Translations under genes and position numbers: made by a program
Notes under the pieces: model-generated
Database searches by the model: none
The model's input: only the letters and a program-made list of their open reading frames with translations
Told to the model about the DNA's origin: nothing
Part shown: positions 36,666-47,265 of the stretch, one piece after another
Position numbering within the stretch: the stretch's first letter is position 1
How the letters are laid out: each line of letters opens with the position of its first letter
From: an uncultured Bacteroidales bacterium
GTDB lineage: Bacteria > Bacteroidota > Bacteroidia > Bacteroidales > UBA932
Length of the DNA: 64,000 nucleotides
NCBI GenBank assembly: GCA_947253655.1
Contig: CAMYAE010000005.1
Coordinates: 5,078-69,077 of the forward strand
Direction of reading: 5' to 3'

Positions 36666-37919
36666 ATGCAAATTTTTATTAGATTTGCAAATATAAAATG
36701 CAAATATAAGTCCATTTTGAAAAATTCGCAACAACATATATTCACTATAGCCGCGGTTGCTATAATTCTGTCCTGCGCATTCTTTTCCGTGTCGCCGTTG
36801 AAGGCGGACAACAAGGGACTGGGGCTTAGGACAGTCTGTATAGATGCCGGACACGGAGGCAAAGACCCCGGATGTGTTAGCAGAGACGGATCCGGGACCA
36901 AAGAAAAGGATATAGTCTTGTCGATAGCCAAAGATCTGTCAAGGCGGATAAAGACCGGGTACCCTGACGTGAAAGTCGTTATGACACGCAGCAATGATAC
37001 CTTCGTCGAGCTCGGAGAGCGTGCCGGAATTGCCAACCGCAACAATGCCGACCTCTTCATATCTATACATGTAAATTCTGTAGATACTCGTAAAAACAGG
37101 TCATGGGCAGCGGCAAATGGCTTTTCCATTCATACCCTCGGTCAGTCCAAGACAGGCAGGGATCTTTTTTCATTCAATATGGAGGTTTGCAAGAGGGAAA
37201 ATTCCGTAATCCTGCTGGAAGACGACTATACCACAAAATACCATGGATTTGATCCGGCCGAGCCTGAATCATATATCTTCTTCAACCTGATGCAGAATGC
37301 AAACCTCGGACATAGCCTGGCTTTCGCCGAAGATGTAGACCTGCAGATGGCAAAAGGCCCGATTTCCAACAACAGAGGTCTCTCGCAGGATCCGTTTTAT
37401 GTGCTTTGGAAGACAAAAATGCCAGCAGTACTTATTGAGGTAGGATTTATTACCAACACTTCCGACCTTGCCGTGATGAAAACTGAGATAGGCAGGAAAG
37501 CCATAGCCAACAGGATATATCAGGCTTTTGTCTCTTTCAAGAAACGCTATGACGCAAGCATGAACATCAATCCGTCAGAGCCTGTTGCCGATTTTGATGA
37601 TGAAGCCTATTCCGGGACTGAAACGGAAGCCGTCGTCAATTCTGAAACAGAGCCGGACGCTTCAAATATCGGACAGGCAGAGAGGTCAATTTTATACGGG
37701 ACACAGATTTTTGCTTCAGCCAAACTTCTTGACTCGTCAGACAGCCGTTTCATGGGGTACGTACCTACCATTATTCAGGGAGAAAAAGTTTATAAATATA
37801 TAATAGGTGTTTCTGAAAAACTCGATGAGGCTAAAACTTTGAATAAAAAAATTAAAAAATCCTATCCCGATTCATTTATTGTTTCAATCTGTGATAATTC
37901 TACAAAAAGGATAAAATAA
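36666..37919 (+). CDS. N-acetylmuramoyl-L-alanine amidase (Amidase_3) with C-terminal SPOR domain. The true start is probably downstream of 36666.
   Basis: CIDAGHGGKDPGC...NADLFISIHVNS amidase_3 motifs. C-terminal ...YIIGVSEKLDEAKTLNKKIKK SPOR-like. Confidence 0.75.
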   Translation: MQIFIRFANIKCKYKSILKNSQQHIFTIAAVAIILSCAFFSVSPLKADNKGLGLRTVCIDAGHGGKDPGCVSRDGSGTKEKDIVLSIAKDLSRRIKTGYPDVKVVMTRSNDTFVELGERAGIANRNNADLFISIHVNSVDTRKNRSWAAANGFSIHTLGQSKTGRDLFSFNMEVCKRENSVILLEDDYTTKYHGFDPAEPESYIFFNLMQNANLGHSLAFAEDVDLQMAKGPISNNRGLSQDPFYVLWKTKMPAVLIEVGFITNTSDLAVMKTEIGRKAIANRIYQAFVSFKKRYDASMNINPSEPVADFDDEAYSGTETEAVVNSETEPDASNIGQAERSILYGTQIFASAKLLDSSDSRFMGYVPTIIQGEKVYKYIIGVSEKLDEAKTLNKKIKKSYPDSFIVSICDNSTKRIK

Positions 37920-38234
37920 TCTTTATTTAACTTATAGAACCCCGTAAGACATCGAAAAACCCTAATTGCCTAATTTAGAATAATTAAAAATTGTAAGTTG
38001 CTGATAATATGGTGGTATATGTAAAAAGCTTTCTCACAATTGATTGATATATAGTTGTTTATATAAAAGTCGTTTTGGAAAGCAATAAACGGTTAAAGTA
38101 AAATATTATTAATAAACAATAGTAATTTAATTTTTTTATAAAATATTTTTACCCCATATTTGCATAGCATCGGATAAGGAACGTGAAGTTTTTAATTCGG
38201 TGGTTTTTTCAACTATAACCGGACCTGAACTTTA

Positions 38235-39659
38235 ATGGAACAAGTCGAACAACATATCCTGTTATGGAATAATTGTCTGCGGATCATTGAGCAAATCATA
38301 GAGCCGCAGAAGTTCAATACTTGGTTCAAACCTCTCAAGCCGATTTCTTTCAAGGATTCCACAATAACGGTTGAAGTACCTTCCGACTTTTTCAGGGAAT
38401 ATCTTGAAGGTGCATATCTGGATGTCCTGAAAAGGACTCTTAAAAGAGTAATCGGGCCGAAGGCAAAATTAGTTTATAAAATTCATCCTGTCAAGGTGCA
38501 GCCTGCGATAGAATTTCCTGCTGCCGGGGCTTCAACCCCTGTTAACAAGACAGTGAGCGTAAACGTCTATCCTACCGAAGGCAATCCGGGTCCTTTTGTG
38601 TTCCCCGGGCTCAAGAGGATACAGATAAACCCGCGATTAAATCCGGTATACAATTTCGAGAATCTGATAGAGGGCGAATGCAATAAAATGGGAATAACGG
38701 CAGGGCGCAGCATTGCCGATAATCCGGGCAATACCCCTTTCAATCCGCTTTTCCTTTTCGGAGGTCCGGGATTAGGCAAGACGCATATAGCCCAAGCCAT
38801 AGGAATTGCAGTCAAAGATAAATTTCCCGACCCTGTTGTCTTGTATGTGACCGGAAACGAGTTCAAAACTCAATACATGGACGCGGTCAATGTGAGAAAC
38901 AAGCTTACCGACTTCCTTGCATTCTATATGAAGATAGATGTGTTGATTGTGGATGATGTGCAGGATTTGATAGGCCAGGGCTCGCAGAATGCTTTCTTCA
39001 ATGTGTTTGATCATCTGCACAAGAACGGCAAGCAGTTGATTTTCACATCGGACAGGGCACCTGTCGATTTGCAGAATTTCGAAGAGAGACTCCTGTCAAG
39101 ACTCAAATGGGGCTTGTCCGTTGAGCTTCAGAGGCCATCCTATGCAACAAGGCTTGCAATGCTTAAAGCAAGAGCTTTCAGGGAAGGGGTGAAGATAGAT
39201 GAAGAAGTTTTAGTATATCTCGCAAAGAGGATAACGTCCAATTTCAGGGAGCTTGAAGGTGCACTGATTTCCCTGATAGCCCACGCTACGCTTACCCACA
39301 GGGAGGCCACGTTGGAACTTGCCGAAAGCATTACGGAAAATATAGTAGGCGAGGACAGGTACGAACTCTCTATCGATACCGTACAAAAGACAGTTTGCGA
39401 GTATTTCAACATAACAAGGGACGCCCTCCTTTCAAAATCCAGAAAACGTCAGATTGTGCAGGCTCGTCAGATTGCGATGTATATGGTCAGAAACCTTATA
39501 AACTGCTCGCTTTCTACTATAGGCACGGAACTTGGCGGCAAGGATCATTCTACGGTACTGCATGCTTGTACTACCGTTTCAGACCTTATGGCAACAGACA
39601 AGACGTTCAGACAATATGTTTCTGATATTGAAAGAATGCTCGCACCTGTGCAGAAATGA
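38235..39659 (+). CDS. dnaA: Chromosomal replication initiator DnaA
   Basis: FLFGGPGLGKTHIAQAIG, DVLIVDDVQDL, IFTSDRAP, C-terminal DNA-binding RQIAMYMVRNL... Confidence 0.95.
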   Translation: MEQVEQHILLWNNCLRIIEQIIEPQKFNTWFKPLKPISFKDSTITVEVPSDFFREYLEGAYLDVLKRTLKRVIGPKAKLVYKIHPVKVQPAIEFPAAGASTPVNKTVSVNVYPTEGNPGPFVFPGLKRIQINPRLNPVYNFENLIEGECNKMGITAGRSIADNPGNTPFNPLFLFGGPGLGKTHIAQAIGIAVKDKFPDPVVLYVTGNEFKTQYMDAVNVRNKLTDFLAFYMKIDVLIVDDVQDLIGQGSQNAFFNVFDHLHKNGKQLIFTSDRAPVDLQNFEERLLSRLKWGLSVELQRPSYATRLAMLKARAFREGVKIDEEVLVYLAKRITSNFRELEGALISLIAHATLTHREATLELAESITENIVGEDRYELSIDTVQKTVCEYFNITRDALLSKSRKRQIVQARQIAMYMVRNLINCSLSTIGTELGGKDHSTVLHACTTVSDLMATDKTFRQYVSDIERMLAPVQK

Positions 39660-39677
39660 TGCAAGTAACAGACTTTA

Positions 39678-40349
39678 TTGAATATGCAAAGACTTGTAGC
39701 ACCCTCCATGCTTTCTGCGGACTTCCTGAATTTGGAAAAGGATGTCGCTTTCGTAAATAAGTATGCCGATATTTTCCATTTGGATGTGATGGACGGTATC
39801 TTTGTCCCTAATATCTCATACGGATTTCCCGTGATAGAAGCTATTGCCAAGAAAGCTGCCAAGCCCATGGATGCTCATCTGATGATTACATATCCAGAGA
39901 AATATATAGAGAGATTTGTCAAGGCCGGAGCCTCTATGGTTAGTTTTCATCTTGAAGCCGCCATGGATTCGGGGACCGATCCGGTGAAAATTCTGTCGGA
40001 TATAAAAGGTCTTGGAGCAAGGGCGGGAATGGCAATCGATCCGGATGTCCCTGTAGAAAAGCTATTTCCGTACATAGAATATGCGGACTTTATGCTTATA
40101 ATGTCAGTATTCGCAGGCTTTGGAGGGCAGAAATTCATTGAAGACACCTATAAAAGAATATCCGATCTCAAAAATGAGATAGAGCGGAGGAATTCCAAGT
40201 GCATGATTGAGGTGGACGGTGGAGTGTCGCCGGCCAATGCCGACAGGCTTGTTGAATGCGGGGCGGAAATTCTGGTTGCAGGAAGCTCCATATTCAAGGC
40301 TGAAGACAGGGCAGAGGCAGCAAGGAAGATCAGAGGTCAGATTATATAG
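39678..40349 (+). CDS. rpe: Ribulose-phosphate 3-epimerase
   Basis: FHLDVMDGIFVPNISYG, MVSFHLEA, GFGGQKF, IEVDGG. Confidence 0.9.
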   Translation: MNMQRLVAPSMLSADFLNLEKDVAFVNKYADIFHLDVMDGIFVPNISYGFPVIEAIAKKAAKPMDAHLMITYPEKYIERFVKAGASMVSFHLEAAMDSGTDPVKILSDIKGLGARAGMAIDPDVPVEKLFPYIEYADFMLIMSVFAGFGGQKFIEDTYKRISDLKNEIERRNSKCMIEVDGGVSPANADRLVECGAEILVAGSSIFKAEDRAEAARKIRGQII

Positions 40350-41089
40350 CTTATCTCCTTGAAGGCAAAATATTTAAAGCAACCGTCCTCAAGCTCTACC
40401 ATAAGTCTCGCATCATCGGAGACTCCTCTGATTATGCCTTTGAACACCCTGCCTTCAATTGTATCTGTATAATGCCGGCTCTCATCCTTTCTATAAAGCA
40501 TTGACAGATATTTTTCCTTTAACTTGTCCGGAGATGATGAAGCCATATCAATGTAGGCAGAAAGCACCTCTAAAAGGCGTAGGAGACAGGCTTTTGTATC
40601 GAAAGTTCTTTTTGTCAGGTACTTCATTGAGCAAGGGTTCATAAGTTCCGGAGGAAAATCAGTCTGGTTTACATTCAGTCCTATCCCAACAATGCTTGCA
40701 CTTACATTCTTGTCTGCAAGTGTATTTTCCACGAGCATGCCGCAGATTTTCCTGTCTCCGCAATATATGTCGTTCGGCCATTTTATTTTTGCATTTATGC
40801 CGTATTCTCCCAACATTTCGGCAACTGCTATTGTCGCAGCCTCACTTATTATGAATTGTCTGTCTACAGGAATTGAGGGGACACCGTTCATGCCGGGGAA
40901 CAATAAAATTGAGAAAGTCAGGTTGTCTCCGGCTTTGCTCAGCCACTTGTTTCCTCTTTGCCCCCTGCCGGCAGTCTGGCTTTCAGCAGCGATTACTGAC
41001 AAATTGTCAAGGGAAGAAAGATGCCTCCTGACGTAGCTGTTTGTCGAATCCACCTCGTCCAGCCATATTATTTTAAAGCCTGTTTTCAT
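40337..41089 (-). CDS. birA: Biotin--[acetyl-CoA-carboxylase] ligase
   Basis: QTAGRGQRGNKW, KWPNDIY. Confidence 0.8.
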   Translation of the reverse strand: MKTGFKIIWLDEVDSTNSYVRRHLSSLDNLSVIAAESQTAGRGQRGNKWLSKAGDNLTFSILLFPGMNGVPSIPVDRQFIISEAATIAVAEMLGEYGINAKIKWPNDIYCGDRKICGMLVENTLADKNVSASIVGIGLNVNQTDFPPELMNPCSMKYLTKRTFDTKACLLRLLEVLSAYIDMASSSPDKLKEKYLSMLYRKDESRHYTDTIEGRVFKGIIRGVSDDARLMVELEDGCFKYFAFKEISYII

Positions 41090-41157
41090 TGGCTCGGAAA
41101 TTGTGTTATCTTTGTAAGTTGCAAAGTTAGTTTATAAAATAGATAAAATTGTAATAT

Positions 41158-41604
41158 ATGAAAATAAATCCGGTGAAAGTTATCGCTGACGCGATGCTGG
41201 ATAAAAAAGGAAAGGGTGTAGTGTCTCTTGATTTGAGAAAGATTGAAGGGGCGATTTCCGATTACTTTATAGTCTGCAATGCCGATTCTACTACGAATGT
41301 GGCTTCTATTGCGGATAATGTGCTGGTCAAGATGCAAGAAAAATGCAGCAGAAAGGTGCTCAGAATGCAGGGGCTTGAAAATGATTTCTGGATAATCCTG
41401 GATTACGGTGACATCGTGGTACATATTTTCCTTACTCAATATCGTGATTTCTACAGGCTTGAAGACCTATGGGCCGATGCCGGCAGAAAAGAATATACGG
41501 ATATTGACTCCGAGCCTCAGGGGACTGTCACGGGTAAAAGGGTGAAGCCGAAAGCTGTTGCAAAAGTTCGTGCTTCAATATCGAAAACAAAACAAACCGA
41601 ATAA
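41158..41604 (+). CDS. rsfS: Ribosomal silencing factor RsfS (Iojap family)
   Basis: DYFIVCNADSTTNVASIADNV...WIILDYGDIVVHIF...FYRLEDLW. Confidence 0.8.
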   Translation: MKINPVKVIADAMLDKKGKGVVSLDLRKIEGAISDYFIVCNADSTTNVASIADNVLVKMQEKCSRKVLRMQGLENDFWIILDYGDIVVHIFLTQYRDFYRLEDLWADAGRKEYTDIDSEPQGTVTGKRVKPKAVAKVRASISKTKQTE

Positions 41605-41605
41605 G

Positions 41606-43555
41606 ATGGCGGGGAAAAATAAAAAACCCAAGAAGAGGATAGTCCGGGTCAATCTCGGCATCTCGTGGTTCTACCTCCTATTGATAATAGGAATAGCAGT
41701 CATGCTTTTTAACAGGTCGTCTGCAAATCCGCAGAAAGTGGAATGGGCCGATGTTGAAACCATGATAAAGTCGGGCGATGTCAAGGAGATCCATTTCGTC
41801 AGAAATGATTTCAAGGGAAATGTGACCATACGTCCTGACAGGCTTGCAAAATACTCTGATAAATTCGGGGGACAGGTGCCTGCAAAGTCGCCTCATTTCA
41901 TATTCCTTGTATCCAACAAGTTCAATCCGGAAGAGACTTTCGGAGAGATGAACGCAGCCTTGACCGAGACTGACAGATTTAAGGTCATACTTGAGAACAA
42001 GGACAACACTTGGGTGAATATAATACAATGGCTTATCTTCCCTATACTTCTGATTCTGATGTGGGTATGGATGTTCAGAGGAATAGGCAAGAATATGGGT
42101 GGAGGTCCGGGAGGCCCCGGAGGCGTGTTCAATGTCGGGAAGTCAACAGGCAAGCTCGCGGACAAGAATCAGGTAAAAGTGACTTTCAAGGATGTCGCAG
42201 GCCTCTATGGTGCAAAAGAAGAGGTTATGGAGATTGTGGATTTCCTTAAGAATCCTCATAAATATACGGTTCTTGGCGGAAAAATTCCTAAAGGAGCCTT
42301 GCTTGTAGGACCTCCGGGTACGGGAAAAACCCTGCTTGCCAAGGCTGTTGCCGGCGAGGCCAATGTGCCTTTCTTCTCGATTTCCGGGTCGGATTTCGTG
42401 GAAATGTTCGTCGGAGTCGGAGCTTCAAGGGTAAGGGATCTTTTCCGCCAGGCAAAGGAAAAGGCACCGTGCATTGTTTTTATTGATGAGATAGATGCCG
42501 TGGGCAGGGCAAGAGGGAAAAATGTAGGTTTTTCTTCCAATGACGAGAGAGAAAACACTCTTAACCAGTTGCTTACGGAAATGGACGGATTCGAGACCAA
42601 CAGTGGAGTTATAATACTTGCAGCTACCAACAGGGCTGACATTCTCGACAAGGCTCTTCTGAGGGCCGGCCGTTTTGACCGCCAGATCCATGTGGACCTG
42701 CCTGAACTTAAAGAGAGGGAAGAGATTTTTCAGGTGCATCTTAGGGATATAAAGATTTCCGATGATTTTGATTTGAAGCTTATTGCCAAGCATACTCCAG
42801 GCTTTTCCGGTGCGGATATAGCAAACGTCTGCAATGAAGCAGCCCTTACAGCATCGAGAAAGAATAAGAAAAATGTTGATCAGCAGGATTTTATGGACGC
42901 TATTGACAGGATTGTCGGTGGGCTTGAAAGAAAGAGCGCGACTATAATGTCACCTTCTGAAAAGAGGACTACGGCCTATCACGAGGCAGGCCATGCCACG
43001 GTTGGTTGGCTTCTTCCTCATTCTGATCCTGTTTTGAAAGTAAGTCTCATCCCGAGAGGACAGGCCCTGGGGCTGACATGGTATCTTCCGGAGGACAGGA
43101 AGATCATATCAAGATCTTATATGCTTGACAGTATGTGCTCCCTGATTGCAGGCCGTGTGGCAGAGGAGATTATCAACGGAGAGCCGGCTACCGGAGCCTT
43201 GAACGATTTGGAAAGGCTTACGCAAATGGCCTACGGCATGGTAAAATACTACGGAATGAGCGATCAGGTCGGCACCTTGTCATTTTATGACAGCACGGGA
43301 GCCAGGGGCTATGATTTTACAAAACCTTATAGCGAAAAGACTGCCGAGCTGATGGATAAGGAAGTCAGAAACCTCGTAGACAGTATTTATGCTAAGACTT
43401 TGAAGATTTTGACAGACCATAAGGATGGATTTACGCAGATTGCCGAGCTCCTTTTGGAAAAAGAAGTTATATTTGCAGAAGATATAGAGAAAATATTAGG
43501 GCCTAAGGCCAGACCTGAGGGCTATACCGAACACGTAAACCCGGAGCATGAATAA
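41606..43555 (+). CDS. ftsH: ATP-dependent zinc metalloprotease FtsH
   Basis: TM, AAA module [17 protein letters not shown] zinc motif. The track start 41558 lies inside rsfS; the ATG at 41606 (MAGKNKK...) is preferred. Confidence 0.9.
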   Translation: MAGKNKKPKKRIVRVNLGISWFYLLLIIGIAVMLFNRSSANPQKVEWADVETMIKSGDVKEIHFVRNDFKGNVTIRPDRLAKYSDKFGGQVPAKSPHFIFLVSNKFNPEETFGEMNAALTETDRFKVILENKDNTWVNIIQWLIFPILLILMWVWMFRGIGKNMGGGPGGPGGVFNVGKSTGKLADKNQVKVTFKDVAGLYGAKEEVMEIVDFLKNPHKYTVLGGKIPKGALLVGPPGTGKTLLAKAVAGEANVPFFSISGSDFVEMFVGVGASRVRDLFRQAKEKAPCIVFIDEIDAVGRARGKNVGFSSNDERENTLNQLLTEMDGFETNSGVIILAATNRADILDKALLRAGRFDRQIHVDLPELKEREEIFQVHLRDIKISDDFDLKLIAKHTPGFSGADIANVCNEAALTASRKNKKNVDQQDFMDAIDRIVGGLERKSATIMSPSEKRTTAYHEAGHATVGWLLPHSDPVLKVSLIPRGQALGLTWYLPEDRKIISRSYMLDSMCSLIAGRVAEEIINGEPATGALNDLERLTQMAYGMVKYYGMSDQVGTLSFYDSTGARGYDFTKPYSEKTAELMDKEVRNLVDSIYAKTLKILTDHKDGFTQIAELLLEKEVIFAEDIEKILGPKARPEGYTEHVNPEHE

Positions 43556-44372
43556 TACTGTGGTAAGGACGATTTCCGGAATCGGATTCGTAGCGATTAT
43601 TGTCGCATCACTGCTTCTGAACAAATTTGTTTTTGCGGCTTTGATGATATTCATCGAAGTCGTCATGATGATTGAATTCTTCAGAATGACAATGGGCAAG
43701 AAATATTTCCTGTCCCAGGCCCTTGCCGTTGTGGCGGGAGTTGTGCTCTTTGCCTTGTTCTTCCTGATATGTGCCTACGATATCCCTTTGAAATATATGG
43801 CCCTTGCCATAATTCCGATTTCAATAATAATGGTGGAATCGCTGTATGTCAAGGACAAGGATGATTTCTGGAAATTTTCCTTTATCTACACCGGCACTCT
43901 GTATATTTCAATTCCTCTCGCCCTGTCTAATTTCCTCGTATTCGACAATACCGTCTTCAACGGGCTTCCGATGCTGTGTTTCTTTATTATTATATGGGCG
44001 ACTGACGTCGGAGGCTACGTGTTCGGTCTGACTTTCGGGAAAAACGGCAAGAAACTTTTCCCTGAAATATCGCCGAAAAAATCCTGGGCAGGCTTTTGGG
44101 GAGGAATGATATGTGCGACCGCAGCAGCAGCCATATTGAAATATATCGGCTTACTCGATTTCCCTATGGTACATTGCATATTTATGGCTATAGTTATGGA
44201 TGTGGCCGGTGTTTACGGTGATCTTTTCGAATCTCAGTGGAAGCGTTGCTTCGATATCAAGGATTCCGGCAAGATCATTCCGGGGCACGGAGGGATGCTG
44301 GACCGTTTTGACAGCAGTCTGATAGCAATCCCCACCGGAGTTTTGTACTTAATTGTGTTCAACCTTATGTAA
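43548..44372 (+). CDS. cdsA: Phosphatidate cytidylyltransferase
   Basis: Multi-TM, CTP_transf_1-like C-terminus (KDSGKIIPGHGGMLDRFDS). Overlaps ftsH stop by 8 nt. Confidence 0.8.
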   Translation: MNNTVVRTISGIGFVAIIVASLLLNKFVFAALMIFIEVVMMIEFFRMTMGKKYFLSQALAVVAGVVLFALFFLICAYDIPLKYMALAIIPISIIMVESLYVKDKDDFWKFSFIYTGTLYISIPLALSNFLVFDNTVFNGLPMLCFFIIIWATDVGGYVFGLTFGKNGKKLFPEISPKKSWAGFWGGMICATAAAAILKYIGLLDFPMVHCIFMAIVMDVAGVYGDLFESQWKRCFDIKDSGKIIPGHGGMLDRFDSSLIAIPTGVLYLIVFNLM

Positions 44373-44413
44373 TTAGGGAATTATTCCTAAATTTACAACT
44401 TAAACGAGACTAT

Positions 44414-45064
44414 ATGCGTATAGATAAAGATTCATACGGTACCATAGCAAGAATTTGGCTGCTGGCAATAATAGCAATTATACTATTGCTATGGCTTGTG
44501 AAATTGAAAGCGGTGTCTGTTCCGCTTTCGGTTGCACTTTTTGTATTTATGGTCTTCGTAACGTGGTTTCACAGGGTTCCGCAAAGATCATGCACAGTTG
44601 CCGATGGCACAGTCGTATCTGCCGCTGACGGCAAGGTTGTCTTTGTCGATAAGGTTTATGAAAAAGAGTATCTGAAAAAGGAATGTATCAAGGTCTCGGT
44701 ATATATGGATTTTTTCAATGTGCATGCCAATTTCTGGCCTATGAGCGGAGAAATATCCTATTATCAGTATCATCCGGGCAGATATCTGCTGGCCTTTCTT
44801 CCCAAGGCTTCAGAATTGAATGAACATGCCTCAACCGCAATCAGGAATGCCCATGGAGAGATTCTCTTCAAGCAGATTGCCGGCACGTTTGCAAGGCGTA
44901 TAGTATGCTATTCGGAAAAAGGAGTTGTTGTTGAGTGCGGCAAACAATGCGGCATCATCAAATTCGGCTCAAGGCTTGATATGTTTCTTCCGCTTGATGC
45001 CGACATTAAGGTCAAGGTGGGAGACGTTACAAAGGCCGCCGAAACGGTAATTGCCACCTTGTAG
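44414..45064 (+). CDS. psd: Phosphatidylserine decarboxylase proenzyme
   Basis: N-terminal TM, PSD core, C-terminal ...KFGSRLD processing-site region. Confidence 0.75.
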   Translation: MRIDKDSYGTIARIWLLAIIAIILLLWLVKLKAVSVPLSVALFVFMVFVTWFHRVPQRSCTVADGTVVSAADGKVVFVDKVYEKEYLKKECIKVSVYMDFFNVHANFWPMSGEISYYQYHPGRYLLAFLPKASELNEHASTAIRNAHGEILFKQIAGTFARRIVCYSEKGVVVECGKQCGIIKFGSRLDMFLPLDADIKVKVGDVTKAAETVIATL

Positions 45065-46408
45065 CTATCGGCTCTTCTTATCGGATTCAATAAGTTCAGC
45101 CAATCTGTCCACTGCCTCGTTTTCAGGAACGTGACGCAGTATCGGTGTCTTTTTCTTATAAATTGTAACCTTCCTGTCGCCCTCTCCCACATAGCCCCAA
45201 TCAGCATCAGCCATCTCGCCGGGACCGTTTACAATGCACCCCATAACGGCAATGACGACGTCCTTAAGATGGGCGGTCTTTGCCTTTACCTCCTCAAATG
45301 TGTCCTGCAGATTGTACATTGTTCTTCCACAACCGGGGCAGGCTATATATTCAGGCTTGTAGAAGCGTCTTCTGGCAGCCTGAAGCAGTTCATCTTCAAG
45401 GTATGCTCCGAGACCTGATTCTTCAATGGATATTTCTTTTCCCTGTTCGTCCCTATATGCACCGGTTATTTTAACATTGTCGAGTTCCTTATCGAGAAGC
45501 CTTTTCCCGAAGTCGCAGGAGACGTCGAGCAATAGCTTGTCTCTCGAGGGGGCATCGTATCTCGCAACAGCATCCTTGCCTGCAATCCGTATGGAACTCA
45601 TGGATGAATATAATTTGCCCCCATATCTGTCAGCAAGATATTTTGCCACCGGCAGTTCGTTTTCCGGATCTTCGGTCAGCGACACCCTGATTGTATTGCC
45701 TATGCCTTCGGAAAGCAAGGCAGAAATCCCTACACAAGACTTAATTCTTCCGGAATCTCCATTACCTGCCTCCGTCACTCCAACATGCAACGGAAATACA
45801 AGGCCGAATTCCTGCATTTCCTTGGCCAGCAGTCGGTAAGCTTCAGTCATAACAATTGTGTTGCTCGACTTGAGAGACACCACTACATTGTAGAATTCAT
45901 TATCTGCACAAAGCCGTATCCATTCCATGGCGGCCAAAGCCATTGCTTTTGGAGTGTTGCCGTAAAGCCGGGTTATCCTTTCACCGAGAGAGCCGTGATT
46001 TAGGCCTATGCGGACAGCTGTTTTATTCTCCTTGCATGTAGTGACAAGCCTTGCGAATTGCTGGCATGCCTGGTCATGGTCCTTGCTGAAGTTTCCCGGA
46101 TTAATCCTGACCTTTTCCACAAAAGGGGCAACGGCAATTGCTGTTTCTGAAGAAAAATGTATATCGGCGACAATAGGGGTGTCGATGCCATTATTGAGCA
46201 GTTGTCTCTTTATTTCCCTGATATATGGGACATACTTCAATCCCGGAACAGTAATCCTGATAAGCTGCGAGCCGGCGTCCGCCAATCTTATGCATTGTGC
46301 TACAGTGGCTTCCACATCATCAGTGTGGGTGTTGCACATCGTCTGTATAGCAATAGGCTCATCGCCTCCGATTTTAAGTCCGCCTATATCGGCAATCAGG
46401 GTTTTCAT
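45065..46408 (-). CDS. ispG: 4-hydroxy-3-methylbut-2-en-1-yl diphosphate synthase (IspG/GcpE)
   Basis: N-terminal TIM-barrel GcpE motifs and C-terminal CxxC...C cluster (ACPGCGR). Confidence 0.85.
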   Translation of the reverse strand: MKTLIADIGGLKIGGDEPIAIQTMCNTHTDDVEATVAQCIRLADAGSQLIRITVPGLKYVPYIREIKRQLLNNGIDTPIVADIHFSSETAIAVAPFVEKVRINPGNFSKDHDQACQQFARLVTTCKENKTAVRIGLNHGSLGERITRLYGNTPKAMALAAMEWIRLCADNEFYNVVVSLKSSNTIVMTEAYRLLAKEMQEFGLVFPLHVGVTEAGNGDSGRIKSCVGISALLSEGIGNTIRVSLTEDPENELPVAKYLADRYGGKLYSSMSSIRIAGKDAVARYDAPSRDKLLLDVSCDFGKRLLDKELDNVKITGAYRDEQGKEISIEESGLGAYLEDELLQAARRRFYKPEYIACPGCGRTMYNLQDTFEEVKAKTAHLKDVVIAVMGCIVNGPGEMADADWGYVGEGDRKVTIYKKKTPILRHVPENEAVDRLAELIESDKKSR

Positions 46409-47265
46409 TTTATATCCTCTTGTTCATCATTTGTCCTGTCTTCTCCGAACACCATATTGTAGGCCTCTTTCCTCAGTTGGGCTTTCGTCTTTCCTATTCT
46501 CTTGGTCAGCTGGAAATGCAGACCGGCAGATATCATTACATCGAAAGGGTAGGCAAACCGGTAGTAATATTGACTGTTGTAGTCAGGTTTATATATGGAA
46601 GACATGGAATATTTAATAAGAGCGGTGACATGAAACTCGACGGGGGAGAACATGATTGCGAAGCCCCCTCCTCCACGAATTCCGTAGTCTATCCGTCTGT
46701 CATAATCATAAAAATTGGACCTGTGATATTCGTCCACGGCATCGCCGTATCTCTTTACGGATAGACGATAGCCGCCGTAAAGTCCTATGTCGGCGATTAT
46801 CTTGAAGCGTCCGGCGTCAAGGTGGAAATGTGACATCGCCGGCACTTCAATAAATTGATATACAGCTTTTTCAGCACCGTCCATAGTTGGCACGACACCT
46901 TCGTCATTAGCCTTGAACTGATAGCCGTCGTAGCCGAAAATCACTCCTGTCTGAAAGCCGAAGTACGGCATATATCCGAACATCTTGCCATATCTTGTAT
47001 AAAAGACGCCTACGTTGATAGGAGTGAACATAGTGGTCTGCTGCTTAGGAGGGTTGAACATCATCCTGTTGAAAGAGACACCGTACTGGACCCCAATCAT
47101 GGAATAATCGTTTATCACAATCTTCCTGTCCAGATTCACTGTGTCAAGGTATTCCTTACTGAACGTAGTGTCGGCAATCTCCTGTGCCTGCACCTGTCCT
47201 GCTGCAATTTGCACAGACAACGCCAAAAAGATAAGTTTATATATATTTTCTAACCTTAAAGTCAT
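46405..47265 (-). CDS. Outer-membrane beta-barrel protein (PorT/OmpA-like family, function unknown)
   Basis: Signal peptide, alternating aromatic/Gly beta-strand pattern, 286 aa. Confidence 0.4.
   Translation of the reverse strand: MTLRLENIYKLIFLALSVQIAAGQVQAQEIADTTFSKEYLDTVNLDRKIVINDYSMIGVQYGVSFNRMMFNPPKQQTTMFTPINVGVFYTRYGKMFGYMPYFGFQTGVIFGYDGYQFKANDEGVVPTMDGAEKAVYQFIEVPAMSHFHLDAGRFKIIADIGLYGGYRLSVKRYGDAVDEYHRSNFYDYDRRIDYGIRGGGGFAIMFSPVEFHVTALIKYSMSSIYKPDYNSQYYYRFAYPFDVMISAGLHFQLTKRIGKTKAQLRKEAYNMVFGEDRTNDEQEDIK

Noticed and set aside
41558-41605. Track start of ftsH at 41558 (MQKFVLQYRK...)
   Set aside because: It lies inside the 3' end of rsfS in another frame. The ATG at 41606 ([11 protein letters not shown]) gives a typical FtsH N-terminus and avoids a 47-bp overlap.
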